Source: an uncultured Nitrospiraceae bacterium
Lineage (GTDB): Bacteria; Nitrospirota; Thermodesulfovibrionia; Thermodesulfovibrionales; UBA6898
Reading direction: 5' to 3'
Assembly (NCBI GenBank): GCA_963811165.1
Contig: CAWEQH010000010.1
Span: 864,001-928,000, forward strand
DNA: 64,000 nt
Both the position numbers and the translations under genes were made by a program. The notes under the pieces were generated by a model. The model made no database searches. It was not told where the DNA came from and saw only the letters and a list, made by a program, of their open reading frames with translations. Positions 40,625 to 51,067 of the stretch are shown here, piece after piece. How positions within the stretch are numbered: position 1 is the stretch's first letter; every line of letters starts with the position of its first letter.

Positions 40625-41194
40625 TCATTCTTTCCACCAGAGTTCGTACGCAATCTCCCATGTGTCTTCCGATATCATGGACTTGCTTTTTGCCTGCATC
40701 GTCAAATCCCTGCCGCCGGCCATTTCAACGGCTTTTTTTGAGTATCCGAAGCATGCGGGGGGCAGCCAGTCCAGAAATATTTCCGGTAGTGTGAACTTCA
40801 CTACCGCATGCCCTTTTTCGCTCAACGGCACTTCCACTTTCCCGGAATTGAAAAACTTGTCCCAAAGCCTGGGGTAGTTCTTTATCACGAAGGAAGGGTT
40901 CGCAAAGGTAAAGAAGATTTTATATATTTTGTTCAGGCTTTGGTCGGCAATATACTCGTAAATGCTGGCTAGCTCGGAGTCCTTAGCCAACTTTAGTTCC
41001 CTGGTGAGTGCCGATATCATCTCCTTAAACGCGGCAAAAGGATATTCCTTGTAAACGAGAAGCCCGGCTTCCCAGATTTCCTGAGATTCCTTTGACAGCG
41101 ATTTCATGATCTGTGCCCATACAGCCTCTCCGTATTTAGATTCTATGAAGCGTTTAGAATAGAGAAAGTTGACTCCTTTTGCTGCCACCTCCAT
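40625..41194 (-). CDS. ~190-aa H-NOX/V4R-like protein, paralog 2 (tandem near-identical duplicate of paralog 1)
   Basis: Near-identical protein and DNA to 39731-40303. Confidence 0.75.
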   Translation of the reverse strand: MEVAAKGVNFLYSKRFIESKYGEAVWAQIMKSLSKESQEIWEAGLLVYKEYPFAAFKEMISALTRELKLAKDSELASIYEYIADQSLNKIYKIFFTFANPSFVIKNYPRLWDKFFNSGKVEVPLSEKGHAVVKFTLPEIFLDWLPPACFGYSKKAVEMAGGRDLTMQAKSKSMISEDTWEIAYELWWKE

Positions 41195-41437
41195 ATCGTG
41201 TCCTCCTTGATAAAACTATTCTTCCTGTCTGAAATTACCCGGGTCATTATCAAATCCTCTTCATTTAAGGTGTTTTTTTTGTTCGGTGTTGTACCCTTCG
41301 GCTCATGGTAACTAAACCTCAACATCCATGGCGGCGTACGCTATGTCCAAGGTCCTTTTGCTTGCGTTGTCCGCCCTCCTCTTTCTTGAGAGAACCCGAC
41401 AGTCCTATACCCATTTCTTCTGTTTCTTGATATTTTT

Positions 41438-42220
41438 TCAGTTGTTAGTCGCCCTTTCGGACACAATTTCTATTTTTGCGTCTTTCCTCAGTTCATTATT
41501 CCATTCTTCGCGCCTCTTTCTACTTTTCTCCGATTTGATTTTCCTCTCGAGAAATTCTCTTGTCTTTTCAAAAGACAACTGTCGCGGAGGATTGTCTTTC
41601 GTCATCAATGTAGCCTTCTCTTTTTCGTATGCGGCCCTGAGTGCCTCGTCATCTACTTTTATTTTTTCATATATCTCGATAGCGGTTATGCTTTCAAAGA
41701 GTCGGCTTCTTTCGATAATCTTCCTCAGATCATCTTCATTCACGTTGATCTGTTCAAGATATTTTTTATACGCCTCATCTGAACCAGCCTGCGCCTTCAT
41801 TTTACTTATCACATCCTCGACAGCTTCCGGTTTGATCCTTATGCCTTCGTTTATTGCCTTTTGAACAGCCAATTCTTTAAATATCAAGTTGTTCAATGCC
41901 TCTTTCTTTATTTTCGTTGTCAATTCCGGAGTGGTCGGCTGTCCATGCGCGACAAACTTCGGAGCGATCGCATTCATCTCTCTCACAAGAAAATACGTGG
42001 TTATCTCCGCTCCATTCACTCTGGCGACCACGATATTTTTTGATTCTTCGACCCCCTTTTTGATCTCATCCATCCGTTTTGCTTGCTCCGGAGTTATCTT
42101 TGGCCCCTCCTTCTTTATCGCATTCGTCGAGACACCCTCCCTTTTGGCGCAGGAAAAGCATGTGAAAAGCACCGCGAGGGCCATCGACATCCCTGCCACT
42201 GTCATGATTATCCTCTTCAT
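41438..42220 (-). CDS. SurA N-terminal domain lipoprotein (chaperone)
   Basis: FSC lipobox, VVARVNGAEIT, ALNNLIFKELAVQ, ELRKDAKIEI. Confidence 0.82.
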   Translation of the reverse strand: MKRIIMTVAGMSMALAVLFTCFSCAKREGVSTNAIKKEGPKITPEQAKRMDEIKKGVEESKNIVVARVNGAEITTYFLVREMNAIAPKFVAHGQPTTPELTTKIKKEALNNLIFKELAVQKAINEGIRIKPEAVEDVISKMKAQAGSDEAYKKYLEQINVNEDDLRKIIERSRLFESITAIEIYEKIKVDDEALRAAYEKEKATLMTKDNPPRQLSFEKTREFLERKIKSEKSRKRREEWNNELRKDAKIEIVSERATNN

Positions 42221-42228
42221 TTCATCTC

Positions 42229-43365
42229 CTATTCCTGTTTCCCGGCATCTTTTTCCATATTCTTATTATCGAGCAAAATCTCGATTTTTGCATTTTGTCT
42301 TAGTTCTCTTTCCCACTCTTCCCGTCTCTGGTCCTGGGCAGGAACAAGGAATTTAGGCTCTATTGCGCCCCTTGCTTCTTCAAACGTGGCTTGGTGCGAG
42401 GGCTCCTTTTTGACGACCTTTATGATATGAAAACCGTCCTTGTCTTTCATGATACCGCTCAGGTCGCCTACCTTCATGTCGGTCATGGCCTTATAGATCT
42501 CCGGATATTTTTCTTTTTTGATATTTATCTTTCTCACGATGAACGAACCATCCAGCACGAGTTTCCAGACATCGTTATCGTTCTTCATGATCGTTTTCAG
42601 TATCTGTTCGGCTTTTCCCCGTGTTGCCTCCTCATCCTTCCCCTGCAGAAAGAAAACGTCTTCGACAACAAAATTATCAGGCAGGATAAATTTTCCCTTC
42701 TCCTTTTCATACTCGTCATGAAGAAGCTTCTCGTCCACCTTGACCTTCCTGTAAACCTCTCTTGCGGTGATCAGTTCGTAACGCTGGCTTCTCTCTATAA
42801 TCTTCTTAAGGGCATCTTCGGTAAGACCGGCTTTATCAAGATAATCACGGTAGCCCTGCTCCGATCGCATGTTTTGCTTGACCTGGGCCACTACCTTCCC
42901 GATCGCCTCAGGCGCAGGATTTATGCCCTGCTTAACGGCCTCCTGCACAGCCAGTTCCTCAAATATCAGCCTGTCCAGTGCCTCCCTCTTTATCTTTGCG
43001 GTCGTTTCCGGCGTCACTGCCTCACCCTCTTTGACATATTTCGGTGCAACTCTGTTCATGGCGCGCGTAAGCATTAACATGTTAATGTCCGCGCCGTTCA
43101 CTCTGGCTACAATATTTTTTTTTGCTTCCTCCGCAGCTTTTCTTTCTCCTTCAACCTTCTTTGTCTCCTCTGCCTTTTGGGCTTCCGCTGCTCTTACCGA
43201 CTCTTCGTCCTTCTTTTCATCCTTGGGAGATTCTTTGATAACATCATGCCGCTCTGCTGCAGCAGCGCCATTGTCGATGCTGTTCCCACCGGCGTGTAAA
43301 CGGCCGGTTAAGCCAGGCACAACCATGATAATTGCAACCGCCAGAATAATAAGTGTTTTTCTCAT
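42229..43365 (-). CDS. SurA/PrsA-like chaperone / peptidyl-prolyl isomerase
   Basis: IVARVNGADI, MKVGDLSGIMKDKDGFHIIKV, TFEEAR; paralog of 26954-27949. Confidence 0.85.
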   Translation of the reverse strand: MRKTLIILAVAIIMVVPGLTGRLHAGGNSIDNGAAAAERHDVIKESPKDEKKDEESVRAAEAQKAEETKKVEGERKAAEEAKKNIVARVNGADINMLMLTRAMNRVAPKYVKEGEAVTPETTAKIKREALDRLIFEELAVQEAVKQGINPAPEAIGKVVAQVKQNMRSEQGYRDYLDKAGLTEDALKKIIERSQRYELITAREVYRKVKVDEKLLHDEYEKEKGKFILPDNFVVEDVFFLQGKDEEATRGKAEQILKTIMKNDNDVWKLVLDGSFIVRKINIKKEKYPEIYKAMTDMKVGDLSGIMKDKDGFHIIKVVKKEPSHQATFEEARGAIEPKFLVPAQDQRREEWERELRQNAKIEILLDNKNMEKDAGKQE

Positions 43366-43492
43366 CCTATCTCCATTCTCTCCTATGATTACCGGTTTTC
43401 AGCACATTATATGCTGCGTCTCACGAGTCTCGGACATCAATAGACTCTGATTAATACTGTTTTACGAAACACTGCGTCATCGGTATCTGGAA

Positions 43493-44065
43493 TTATTCTA
43501 CCCAATTCAGCTCATAGATGATCTCCCATGTGTTGTCGGACAATAAAGACTTGCTTACCTGATGAATCGTGAGGTCTTTGCCTCCGCCCATTTCTACGGC
43601 CTTCTTTGAATAACCGCGACATGCCGGTGAAAGCCAGTCCAAAAAAATCTCGGGAAGTGTGAACTTCACTATCGCGTGGCCTTTCTCGGTCACAGGAACT
43701 TCAACCTTTCCCGCATCGAAGAAACGGCTCCATAGCTTCGGATAATTTTTTATGACAAACGAAGGATTCGTCAGCTGAAAGAAAATCTTGTAAAGAACGT
43801 TCAGACTGTTTTCTGATATATATTCATAGAGGCGGGCGGTCTCAACCTCTTTCTGCATTCCCAATACCTTTGAAAGTGAAGTCACCACAGACTTGAAAGC
43901 CCCGAACGGATAGCTTGAAGTAAAAAGAGGCGTATCCCTCCAGATTGTGGCGACATCGGATGGAACAGAAGCAAGAAGCTGTTCCCATGCAGCTGCTCCA
44001 TATTCTTGAAGGATAAACTTTTTTGCAAAAACGAAATTCGGACCTTTTGCCATCACTTCCGCCAT
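43493..44065 (-). CDS. ~190-aa H-NOX/V4R-like protein, paralog 3
   Basis: KGPNFVFAKKFI..YG..W; LYKIFFQLTNPSFVIKNYP; GYSKKAVEMGGG. Confidence 0.75.
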   Translation of the reverse strand: MAEVMAKGPNFVFAKKFILQEYGAAAWEQLLASVPSDVATIWRDTPLFTSSYPFGAFKSVVTSLSKVLGMQKEVETARLYEYISENSLNVLYKIFFQLTNPSFVIKNYPKLWSRFFDAGKVEVPVTEKGHAIVKFTLPEIFLDWLSPACRGYSKKAVEMGGGKDLTIHQVSKSLLSDNTWEIIYELNWVE

Positions 44066-44275
44066 AGCTTTGTCTCCTTATCCCATTAAAAAATTAAATC
44101 ATATATGCTCTTTTAGAGTATTGGCGACTGTATAACTCTTATGTGTCGGACCCGAGGAAAAAGATCCGCTATATTATAATATGTGAGCCCGCCAGTACCA
44201 CCCGTTTCATAAAGTCCGAGGAGTCCAGGGACTGAAGGGCCCGTTTGCGCCCATAGTCCCCTTCCACGGTTCCGG

Positions 44276-44965
44276 CTAATTAATAAACTCCACATAGGAC
44301 GGGGGAGGGTCTGCCAATCCGACCTGGATATAGCGCCTGTCCATAGCCTGAGAGTTGTTCCGGCCTATGAGTTCTCCTTGCATGGCGATCGCGCGGTTGC
44401 CGGGGAGACGGAGGCGGACACATATTCTGCTTCCATCCTGCAAGTGTCTGTAATAATTATTGTCGGGAAGTATGAGCATCCCCCTCTCTGAAAGACCGAT
44501 CGACATGCCAGGACATCTGCACTCATTAAGACATCTGCAGTCATCAAAGGTGAGTGTCACTTCCATATGACGGCCCTCGGCATACCGGGCCTTAACGAGG
44601 TCAGGGTTAAGCATGCAGTTAAGCAGTTCGTTAAGCTCGTCTGTGGAAAACGGTTTCTCCAGGAGGTCGAAGGCGCCGAGGCGGAACGCCTTGCACCTGC
44701 TGTTTTCGGTAGAAGAGGCGGTCATCATCAATACTTCAGTAGAAGGCGAAGTCGACCTTATCATGGGGAGAACTTCCCACCCACTTATGTCAGGCAGGTT
44801 TATATCAAGGAGCACCGCATCAAAACGATCTTGGGACAGCTTCCCCATCGCCTCTTTGCCTGAAGCAACCGCCACGACGTAATACCGCCGCTTTGTAAGG
44901 AGTATTCTCAGCATATTAAGCAAGAGCTCATTGTCTTCAACGATCAAAATTTTGTTGGCGGCCAT
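44276..44965 (-). CDS. Response regulator, REC + degenerate PilZ-like domain (copy 1)
   Basis: ILIVEDN..LLDINLPD..EKPF; C-terminal RYAEGR..GLSERG. Confidence 0.8.
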   Translation of the reverse strand: MAANKILIVEDNELLLNMLRILLTKRRYYVVAVASGKEAMGKLSQDRFDAVLLDINLPDISGWEVLPMIRSTSPSTEVLMMTASSTENSRCKAFRLGAFDLLEKPFSTDELNELLNCMLNPDLVKARYAEGRHMEVTLTFDDCRCLNECRCPGMSIGLSERGMLILPDNNYYRHLQDGSRICVRLRLPGNRAIAMQGELIGRNNSQAMDRRYIQVGLADPPPSYVEFIN

Positions 44966-45028
44966 CTTTTTATCTTCCTGCCTCCTTAACTATGTAATTT
45001 TATTGTCTTCGGAGGACAAACGAGAAAT

Positions 45029-45045
45029 AGCAAATAGCGTGCTAA
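45029..45045 (-). promoter_or_regulatory. Sigma54-like promoter (TAGCAC variant)
   Basis: TTAGCACGCTATTTGCT. Confidence 0.55.
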
Positions 45046-45305
45046 GTTTAGAATTTGTGCAATTATACGGTTGGGATATTACCGGACTTGAGCCCGCGTA
45101 TAAACTCAGATTTTGTCGTACCCCGGCTTGACCGAGCAATCGGGGACCCTTGAAATCACTGGGATTCCCGCCTTTCGCAGGAATGGACAAAAGAGGAAGT
45201 ACTCCACGTGACACACATATCCAAATTATGTGATTCGCTATCATTATGACCTTTTGAAAAAATGATTTGTAAGGTCTGCTTAATTCGTTACTTCCTGATC
45301 ATCCG

Positions 45306-45341
45306 GGGTCATTTCACCCTAAAAAGGGTTATTTTAGTCAC
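45306..45341. promoter_or_regulatory. Enhancer-like double-box motif, copy 4
   Basis: GGGTCATTTCACCC-TAAAAA-GGGTTATTTTAGTCAC. Confidence 0.75.
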
Positions 45342-45611
45342 GGGGTTGAGAGGCGGATAAATCCCGTCAGAGATTCAGACGAAAAGCTCAGGCTGCCAAG
45401 CCCAAAGGACAGCCTTGTGGTATGCTGCCTCATTAGAGGTTCAAAGGAAACGGCAATGCTGTCAGTGTACGGTTTGGAAAAAGCGATAGAAGAACTGCAT
45501 GAAAAAGCCGGTAGTGTCCAGGACACTACCAAAAAGCAGCCCGGATCGCTCATGGGTCGAAAAGTAGGGTGATGAAGGAATCCATCCGGGACTACTGCTC
45601 GTAAATTGTGA

Positions 45612-47933
45612 TCAGAATGTTCGTTTCGGTGAGCGACCCTTTCCCTGCCCTAAATCCCGCCGTCCGGGGTCATCACTCTGCAGGTTCTCCCAGACTATTG
45701 TCAGCAACTCCTCCACATCAAGCGGTTTCGATATGAACTGAAGATTTTCATCAAGAATACCGGTTGCCGTGATGATGTCATCGGTATAACCGCTTATAAA
45801 AAGGGTTTTTATATCGGGTCTGTCGCTTTTTATAAACTCATGGACTTCGCTGCCGTTCTTCCCTGGCAATATGACATCTAAAATAAGCATATCGATAGAA
45901 TCTCTGTTTTCCTGGTATTTCCTGATCGCCTCTTCTCCATCCTCCGCCAGTATAACGGTATAACCTCTTTTAGTAAGCAGCTTCTGGAGAAATTGTCCCA
46001 CCAATACATCATCCTCTGCCACCAATAAAGTACCTTGCCCCGGAGTTATCGTCTTACGTTCCGAAGTCGTTGAGGGCATTTCAGAATCATGCACCTGGGA
46101 TACAGGAAAGAAAATCTTGAAGGTGGTGCCTTTATCCACTTCGCTTTCCACATCTATGTAACCGTTGTGCTGATGGACTATGCTATGGACGATAGTAAGT
46201 CCCAGTCCCGTACCCTTGCCGCTTCGCTTAGTGGAATAAAAAGGCTCAAAGATGTGGTCCATGGTCTTAACGTCCATTCCTGTTCCTGTATCACGCACAG
46301 AAAGCACCATATATGTTCCCGGCGTTACCGTGGAGTATTTGCCCGTATATGTCTCCTGCAGTTCGATAAGGCCCGTCTTGATATGGAGCTCACCGCCGAG
46401 GGGCATTGCGTCCTTTGCATTGGTGCAGAGGTTTATAATCATTTGCCCAATTTGATAGGGGTCCGCAAAGATGGGAATTCCGTCCTCGGCAAGAGAAATC
46501 TTCAATGCAATTTCTTCGGTAATAAGCGTCTTCAACATATCCGATATGGTGTTTATTATCTGACACACTTCCACATTTACCGGATTCATAATCTGTTTAC
46601 GTCCGAAAGTGAGAAGGTTGGACGTGAGGTTTTTCCCGAACTTGACAGCGAGAGATATCTGTTCGATACATTCCGCCGAATCCTTATCTTTGTCCCCGAG
46701 GTCATCGCTGAGAAGATGGGTGAACCCCCCTATTGCAGTAAGAACATTGTTGAAGTCATGGGCGATCCCGCCCGCGACTTGGCCAAGGGATTCCATCTTC
46801 CGGGATTGCAAAAGTTTATCTTCCAGCTTCTTTTTTTCCGTTATGTCCCTGTTACTTGCCCTTCTTCCGAGAAATTCTCCATTTACATAAATAGGTCCGC
46901 AAACATGGGACAACCACCTCACTTGTCCGTCCTTGGCAATGATGCGGAATTCCTTGTCCGGATGCAAAGGCTCCCGAAAATCGATGATGTCATTCTTATA
47001 GGCATCCCTGTCGTCAGGATGGATGATACTGTTAAGAAGATCGGGTTTTTCCATGAATTCACGCGGGCTGTATCCTGTTATTCGTTCGGAGGACGGAGAC
47101 ATGAAAACAAACTCGCCATCTTCCTTGATCCAGAAGTCGAAGTCATTGGCGAACTCCGACACAATGCGAAACTTCCTCTCGTTTTCCTCGATCGCCCGCT
47201 GATACCGCCGAAGCCCGCCGGAGAACAGCACAATCGTTCCGGTTCCGATCAGCCACAGTAAAAAATGGGTTATGAGAGTAATCCTGGTTGTCTTAGTCGC
47301 AGCTGAATAATAGGGCTGCATCGGCACGGCTATACTCATGGCGCCACGGATGTCTCCCACCCTATAGCCCTGTTGGCCGTGACATTTCACACAACCCTCA
47401 TATGTCATATAGGGCCAGATGACGCGCATATACGGAAGACCGTTTATCTCGGTAATTTGACTAAACTCTGTCTGACCCTTTTCAAATGCACTCAGGGCTT
47501 TTGTTTCCCATGCGTCAGGCGTATTTGCAGGGTTGAGAGGCTTCAAGCTGATCGTCCGGTTTATGGAGGCCAGCGGTGACTGGTTGCGGAGCAACTCGTA
47601 GGCTTGCTTTGTCATCTGAAAAGGGTTTATAAGCGTGAGCTTTGTACCGTCTGTCGTAACGACGTCTCTTTTAGGGGAAACGATATAAGGGTTCGGCCGG
47701 TCCTCATTCGTGACTTCTACATAGACGCCTCCGTGTGCGGTATTCCATCGTCTGTAAGCCAGGTTATGCTGAAAAATTGTCTGTGCCTCAATGCGCGCTC
47801 TCTCGAGCGTTTCTTCATGATTTTGATAAAAATTCAAAATCACCGAAGCGGCAACGAGAAGTGTCCAAAGAACCAGAAAAACGGCAAGATAGTTTTTCGT
47901 CCATATCCTCTCAATCAAGGCTCGGAGCTTCAC
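45612..47933 (-). CDS. Hybrid histidine kinase with a periplasmic c-heme sensor (DUF3365/Tll0287-like), PAS, HisKA-HATPase and REC
   Basis: RRWNTAHGGVYV..SLKPLNPANTPDAWE..CVKCH..GYRVGDIRGA; IIHPDDR PAS; GGIAHDFNN; receiver. Confidence 0.92.
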   Translation of the reverse strand: MKLRALIERIWTKNYLAVFLVLWTLLVAASVILNFYQNHEETLERARIEAQTIFQHNLAYRRWNTAHGGVYVEVTNEDRPNPYIVSPKRDVVTTDGTKLTLINPFQMTKQAYELLRNQSPLASINRTISLKPLNPANTPDAWETKALSAFEKGQTEFSQITEINGLPYMRVIWPYMTYEGCVKCHGQQGYRVGDIRGAMSIAVPMQPYYSAATKTTRITLITHFLLWLIGTGTIVLFSGGLRRYQRAIEENERKFRIVSEFANDFDFWIKEDGEFVFMSPSSERITGYSPREFMEKPDLLNSIIHPDDRDAYKNDIIDFREPLHPDKEFRIIAKDGQVRWLSHVCGPIYVNGEFLGRRASNRDITEKKKLEDKLLQSRKMESLGQVAGGIAHDFNNVLTAIGGFTHLLSDDLGDKDKDSAECIEQISLAVKFGKNLTSNLLTFGRKQIMNPVNVEVCQIINTISDMLKTLITEEIALKISLAEDGIPIFADPYQIGQMIINLCTNAKDAMPLGGELHIKTGLIELQETYTGKYSTVTPGTYMVLSVRDTGTGMDVKTMDHIFEPFYSTKRSGKGTGLGLTIVHSIVHQHNGYIDVESEVDKGTTFKIFFPVSQVHDSEMPSTTSERKTITPGQGTLLVAEDDVLVGQFLQKLLTKRGYTVILAEDGEEAIRKYQENRDSIDMLILDVILPGKNGSEVHEFIKSDRPDIKTLFISGYTDDIITATGILDENLQFISKPLDVEELLTIVWENLQSDDPGRRDLGQGKGRSPKRTF

Positions 47934-48088
47934 AGAAAATGTCCCTCCCGGATGGGTAAGACTATGGAATGCCAGAAATTCATGCTATGTAAGCTCTGTG
48001 ATAAAAATAATGCGCAGCCGAAGCGGACCAAGCCCGTCTTCTTCGATAAGGTCTAATGCCGGCATATCGAAGAAATCATATCGCGGTC

Positions 48089-49495
48089 TCATTCGTGCGT
48101 GTCCTTTTTCTCTCGAAGATGCGTCAGCCCCATCTTTTTGAGGCGGTACCGGAGAGTGTCCCTGCTGATGTCAAGTAGCCCCGCCGTCTTCCTCTGGTTG
48201 CCGTTGGTCAACGCAAAGGCCTCCTTAATTATGGCTTCTTCCATATCCTTGAGGGACGTGCTGTTCCGGTCCTTGTTCCCGCTTATTTCCACCGGTATCG
48301 CTTCACTCTTTCCGGGGAAAAGACCCTGTTGGACATCGCGGTCCGTGATCTCGTCTCCCTTTGACAAAATGACCATCCTCTCGATCAAATTCTTCAGTTC
48401 CCTCACATTGCCGGGCCATTCGTATTCCTGTAAACTCGTCATGGCCTTCGCGGACAAGCCCTTCGGCTTTAACCCGTATTTTTCACCACTCTCATCCAGA
48501 TAGTATTGAAGGAGCAAAGGTATATCGATTTTCCGCTCCCTTAGCGGAGGCATCTCGATCGTTGCGATATTGAGGCGGAAAAAGAGGTCAAGTCTGAATT
48601 TCTTGGCGTGTACAAGGTCCTGAAGATCCCTGTTTGTCGCGGCCAGTATCCTCACGTCGGCATGTATGTAATCAAGCCCTCCGATTCTCCGGAACCTTTT
48701 TTCTTCGATCAGAGTGAGGATTTTTGACTGCATCCCGTAAGGCATGTCGCCGATTTCATCAAGCAGCACCGTGCCGCCCTGAGCCATCTCAAAGAGCCCC
48801 TTCTTTGTTTCTTTCGCATCAGTGAATGCACCCTTTTTATAGCCGAAGAGCTCGCTTTCTATGAGATGGTCCGGTATGTTCGAGCAGCCAATCTCCACAA
48901 ACGGCATATTCCTACGGGAACTCATCTCGTGGATCCTCCTGCAGAGGAGATTCTTCCCCGTACCGCTCTCCCCGAGCACAAGGATCGTTACGTCGGACTT
49001 TGCCGCCAAACTGTCTGCGATCCTGATGACCTCTCTCATCGTGTCGCTCGCAAAGACACCATCGCCTATCCTGTTGTTCTTATCTATTGGTTGTTTTTCT
49101 TTCTTTAGGGTTCGTAGAACGTTAGTGATGCTGGCAAAATCGAGAGGTTTTTCAAGGAAATCATAGGCCCCCATCTTCATGGCCTCGACGGAGCTTTTTA
49201 TGTCGGCATACCCCGTGATCACGATAACCACGGTTTCGGGATTTACCTCTTTAATGGTTTTAAGGAGATCAATCCCGCTCGAATCGGGTAACCTGACATC
49301 CAGTACAACGATTCCCGGGGTCTCTTCTTCCAAGATTTTTAATGCGGAGGCGCCGGAACTTGCCGTCAAGACGGTAAATCCCTCTTTCTCGAAGAGCTTT
49401 TTCAGCGAAAGTCTAATCAGCGCTTCATCATCAACGATCAAACTTTTTTTCTGGATTATGGCGGAACTGGGTTTAGGGAATTTCTTCAGTTTCAC
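48089..49495 (-). CDS. NtrC-family sigma54-dependent response regulator (copy 1)
   Basis: REC, GESGTGK, ESELFG..GAFTDA, LDEIG, WPGNVREL, Fis-type HTH. Confidence 0.94.
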   Translation of the reverse strand: MKLKKFPKPSSAIIQKKSLIVDDEALIRLSLKKLFEKEGFTVLTASSGASALKILEEETPGIVVLDVRLPDSSGIDLLKTIKEVNPETVVIVITGYADIKSSVEAMKMGAYDFLEKPLDFASITNVLRTLKKEKQPIDKNNRIGDGVFASDTMREVIRIADSLAAKSDVTILVLGESGTGKNLLCRRIHEMSSRRNMPFVEIGCSNIPDHLIESELFGYKKGAFTDAKETKKGLFEMAQGGTVLLDEIGDMPYGMQSKILTLIEEKRFRRIGGLDYIHADVRILAATNRDLQDLVHAKKFRLDLFFRLNIATIEMPPLRERKIDIPLLLQYYLDESGEKYGLKPKGLSAKAMTSLQEYEWPGNVRELKNLIERMVILSKGDEITDRDVQQGLFPGKSEAIPVEISGNKDRNSTSLKDMEEAIIKEAFALTNGNQRKTAGLLDISRDTLRYRLKKMGLTHLREKKDTHE

Positions 49496-49799
49496 ATTAT
49501 CCTTTCCGCGGGTCTCTAATCTATGCCGCCGGACATACCCATAATCCTTCCATCTTCGTTTTCCGGTTTATCAGCGATATATATTCGTGCTCTAATGTTA
49601 CTATCATAATAAGAAATAAATCAATATTTCTAAACTATTTTTTCTAAGCTTCTTTGAAACCAATGGACAATAGATGACCGTACGAGTCTTTGATCGGTAT
49701 CCATAAAGTTCGAGCAGACAATGATGCTGTCTTTTGGAGCCCATGGCCCTAAGTTTTTTCACCTGAATCTAACCCAGGACTGATCCATCTATCACCCGT

Positions 49800-49835
49800 G
49801 TGACCAGAATAACCCTTTTTAGGGTGAAATGACCC
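49800..49835. promoter_or_regulatory. Enhancer-like double-box motif, copy 5
   Basis: GTGACCAGAATAACCC-TTTTTA-GGGTGAAATGACCC. Confidence 0.75.
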
Positions 49836-50095
49836 CGGATGATCAGGAAGTAACGAATTAAGCAGACCTTACAAATCATTTTTTTAAAAGGTCATAATGA
49901 TAGCGAATCACATAATTTGGATATGTGTGTCACGTGGAGTACTTCCTCTTTTGTCCATTCCTGCGAAAGACGGGAATCCCAGTGATTTCAAGGGTCCTCG
50001 ATTGCTCGGTCAAGCCGGGGTACGACAAAATCTGAGTTTATACGCGGGCTCAAGTCCGGTAATATCCCAACCGTATAATTGCACAAATTCTAAAC

Positions 50096-50112
50096 TTAGC
50101 ACGCTATTTGCT
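50096..50112 (+). promoter_or_regulatory. Sigma54-like promoter (TAGCAC variant)
   Basis: TTAGCACGCTATTTGCT. Confidence 0.55.
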
Positions 50113-50175
50113 ATTTCTCGTTTGTCCTCCGAAGACAATAAAATTACATAGTTAAGGAGGCAGGAAGATAAAAAG

Positions 50176-50934
50176 ATGGCCGCCAACAAAATTTTGATCG
50201 TTGAAGACAATGAGCTCTTGCTTAATATGCTGAGAATACTCCTTACAAAGCGGCGGTATTACGTCGTGGCGGTTGCTTCAGGCAAAGAGGCGATGGGGAA
50301 GCTGTCCCAAGATCGTTTTGATGCGGTGCTCCTTGATATAAACCTGCCTGACATAAGTGGGTGGGAAGTTCTCCCCATGATAAGGTCGACTTCGCCTTCT
50401 ACTGAAGTATTGATGATGACCGCCTCTTCTACCGAAAACAGCAGGTGCAAGGCGTTCCGCCTCGGCGCCTTCGACCTCCTGGAGAAACCGTTTTCCACAG
50501 ACGAGCTTAACGAACTGCTTAACTGCATGCTTAACCCTGACCTCGTTAAGGCCCGGTATGCCGAGGGCCGTCATATGGAAGTGACACTCACCTTTGATGA
50601 CTGCAGATGTCTTAATGAGTGCAGATGTCCTGGCATGTCGATCGGTCTTTCAGAGAGGGGGATGCTCATACTTCCCGACAATAATTATTACAGACACTTG
50701 CAGGATGGAAGCAGAATATGTGTCCGCCTCCGTCTCCCCGGCAACCGCGCGATCGCCATGCAAGGAGAACTCATAGGCCGGAACAACTCTCAGGCTATGG
50801 ACAGGCGCTATATCCAGGTCGGATTGGCAGACCCTCCCCCGTCCTATGTGGAGTTTATTAATTTACCGGCGCTGGGGAAGGGGACTATGGGCGCAAGCGG
50901 GCCCTTCAGTCCCTGGACTCCTCGGACTTTATGA
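50176..50934 (+). CDS. Response regulator, REC + PilZ-like (copy 2; stop TAG changed to TTA, adding 23 aa)
   Basis: First 229 aa identical to 44276-44965. Confidence 0.8.
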   Translation: MAANKILIVEDNELLLNMLRILLTKRRYYVVAVASGKEAMGKLSQDRFDAVLLDINLPDISGWEVLPMIRSTSPSTEVLMMTASSTENSRCKAFRLGAFDLLEKPFSTDELNELLNCMLNPDLVKARYAEGRHMEVTLTFDDCRCLNECRCPGMSIGLSERGMLILPDNNYYRHLQDGSRICVRLRLPGNRAIAMQGELIGRNNSQAMDRRYIQVGLADPPPSYVEFINLPALGKGTMGASGPFSPWTPRTL

Positions 50935-51067
50935 AACGGGTGGGCTCATAGTAACAAAGCGGATGGAGGCTTTAAGATTCGGGTTTATTCCTATAGCGGG
51001 ATGGGCAATAGATCATGCCCGACGGTTACGGCAGCATATTTGCTTTAATTTTTAAGGAGACAAAGCT

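Larger units (their letters stand above)
43445..45341. repeat. Left arm of a ~1.9-kb inverted repeat (right arm ~49800-51690)
   Basis: 44276-45341 mirrors 49800-50865 nearly base for base; the outer 190-aa gene portion is less identical. Confidence 0.92.

Noticed and set aside
44990..45244. 84-aa and 66-aa ORFs duplicated at 49897-50210
   Set aside because: They span the promoter cassette and REP-like element; their conservation reflects the DNA duplication only
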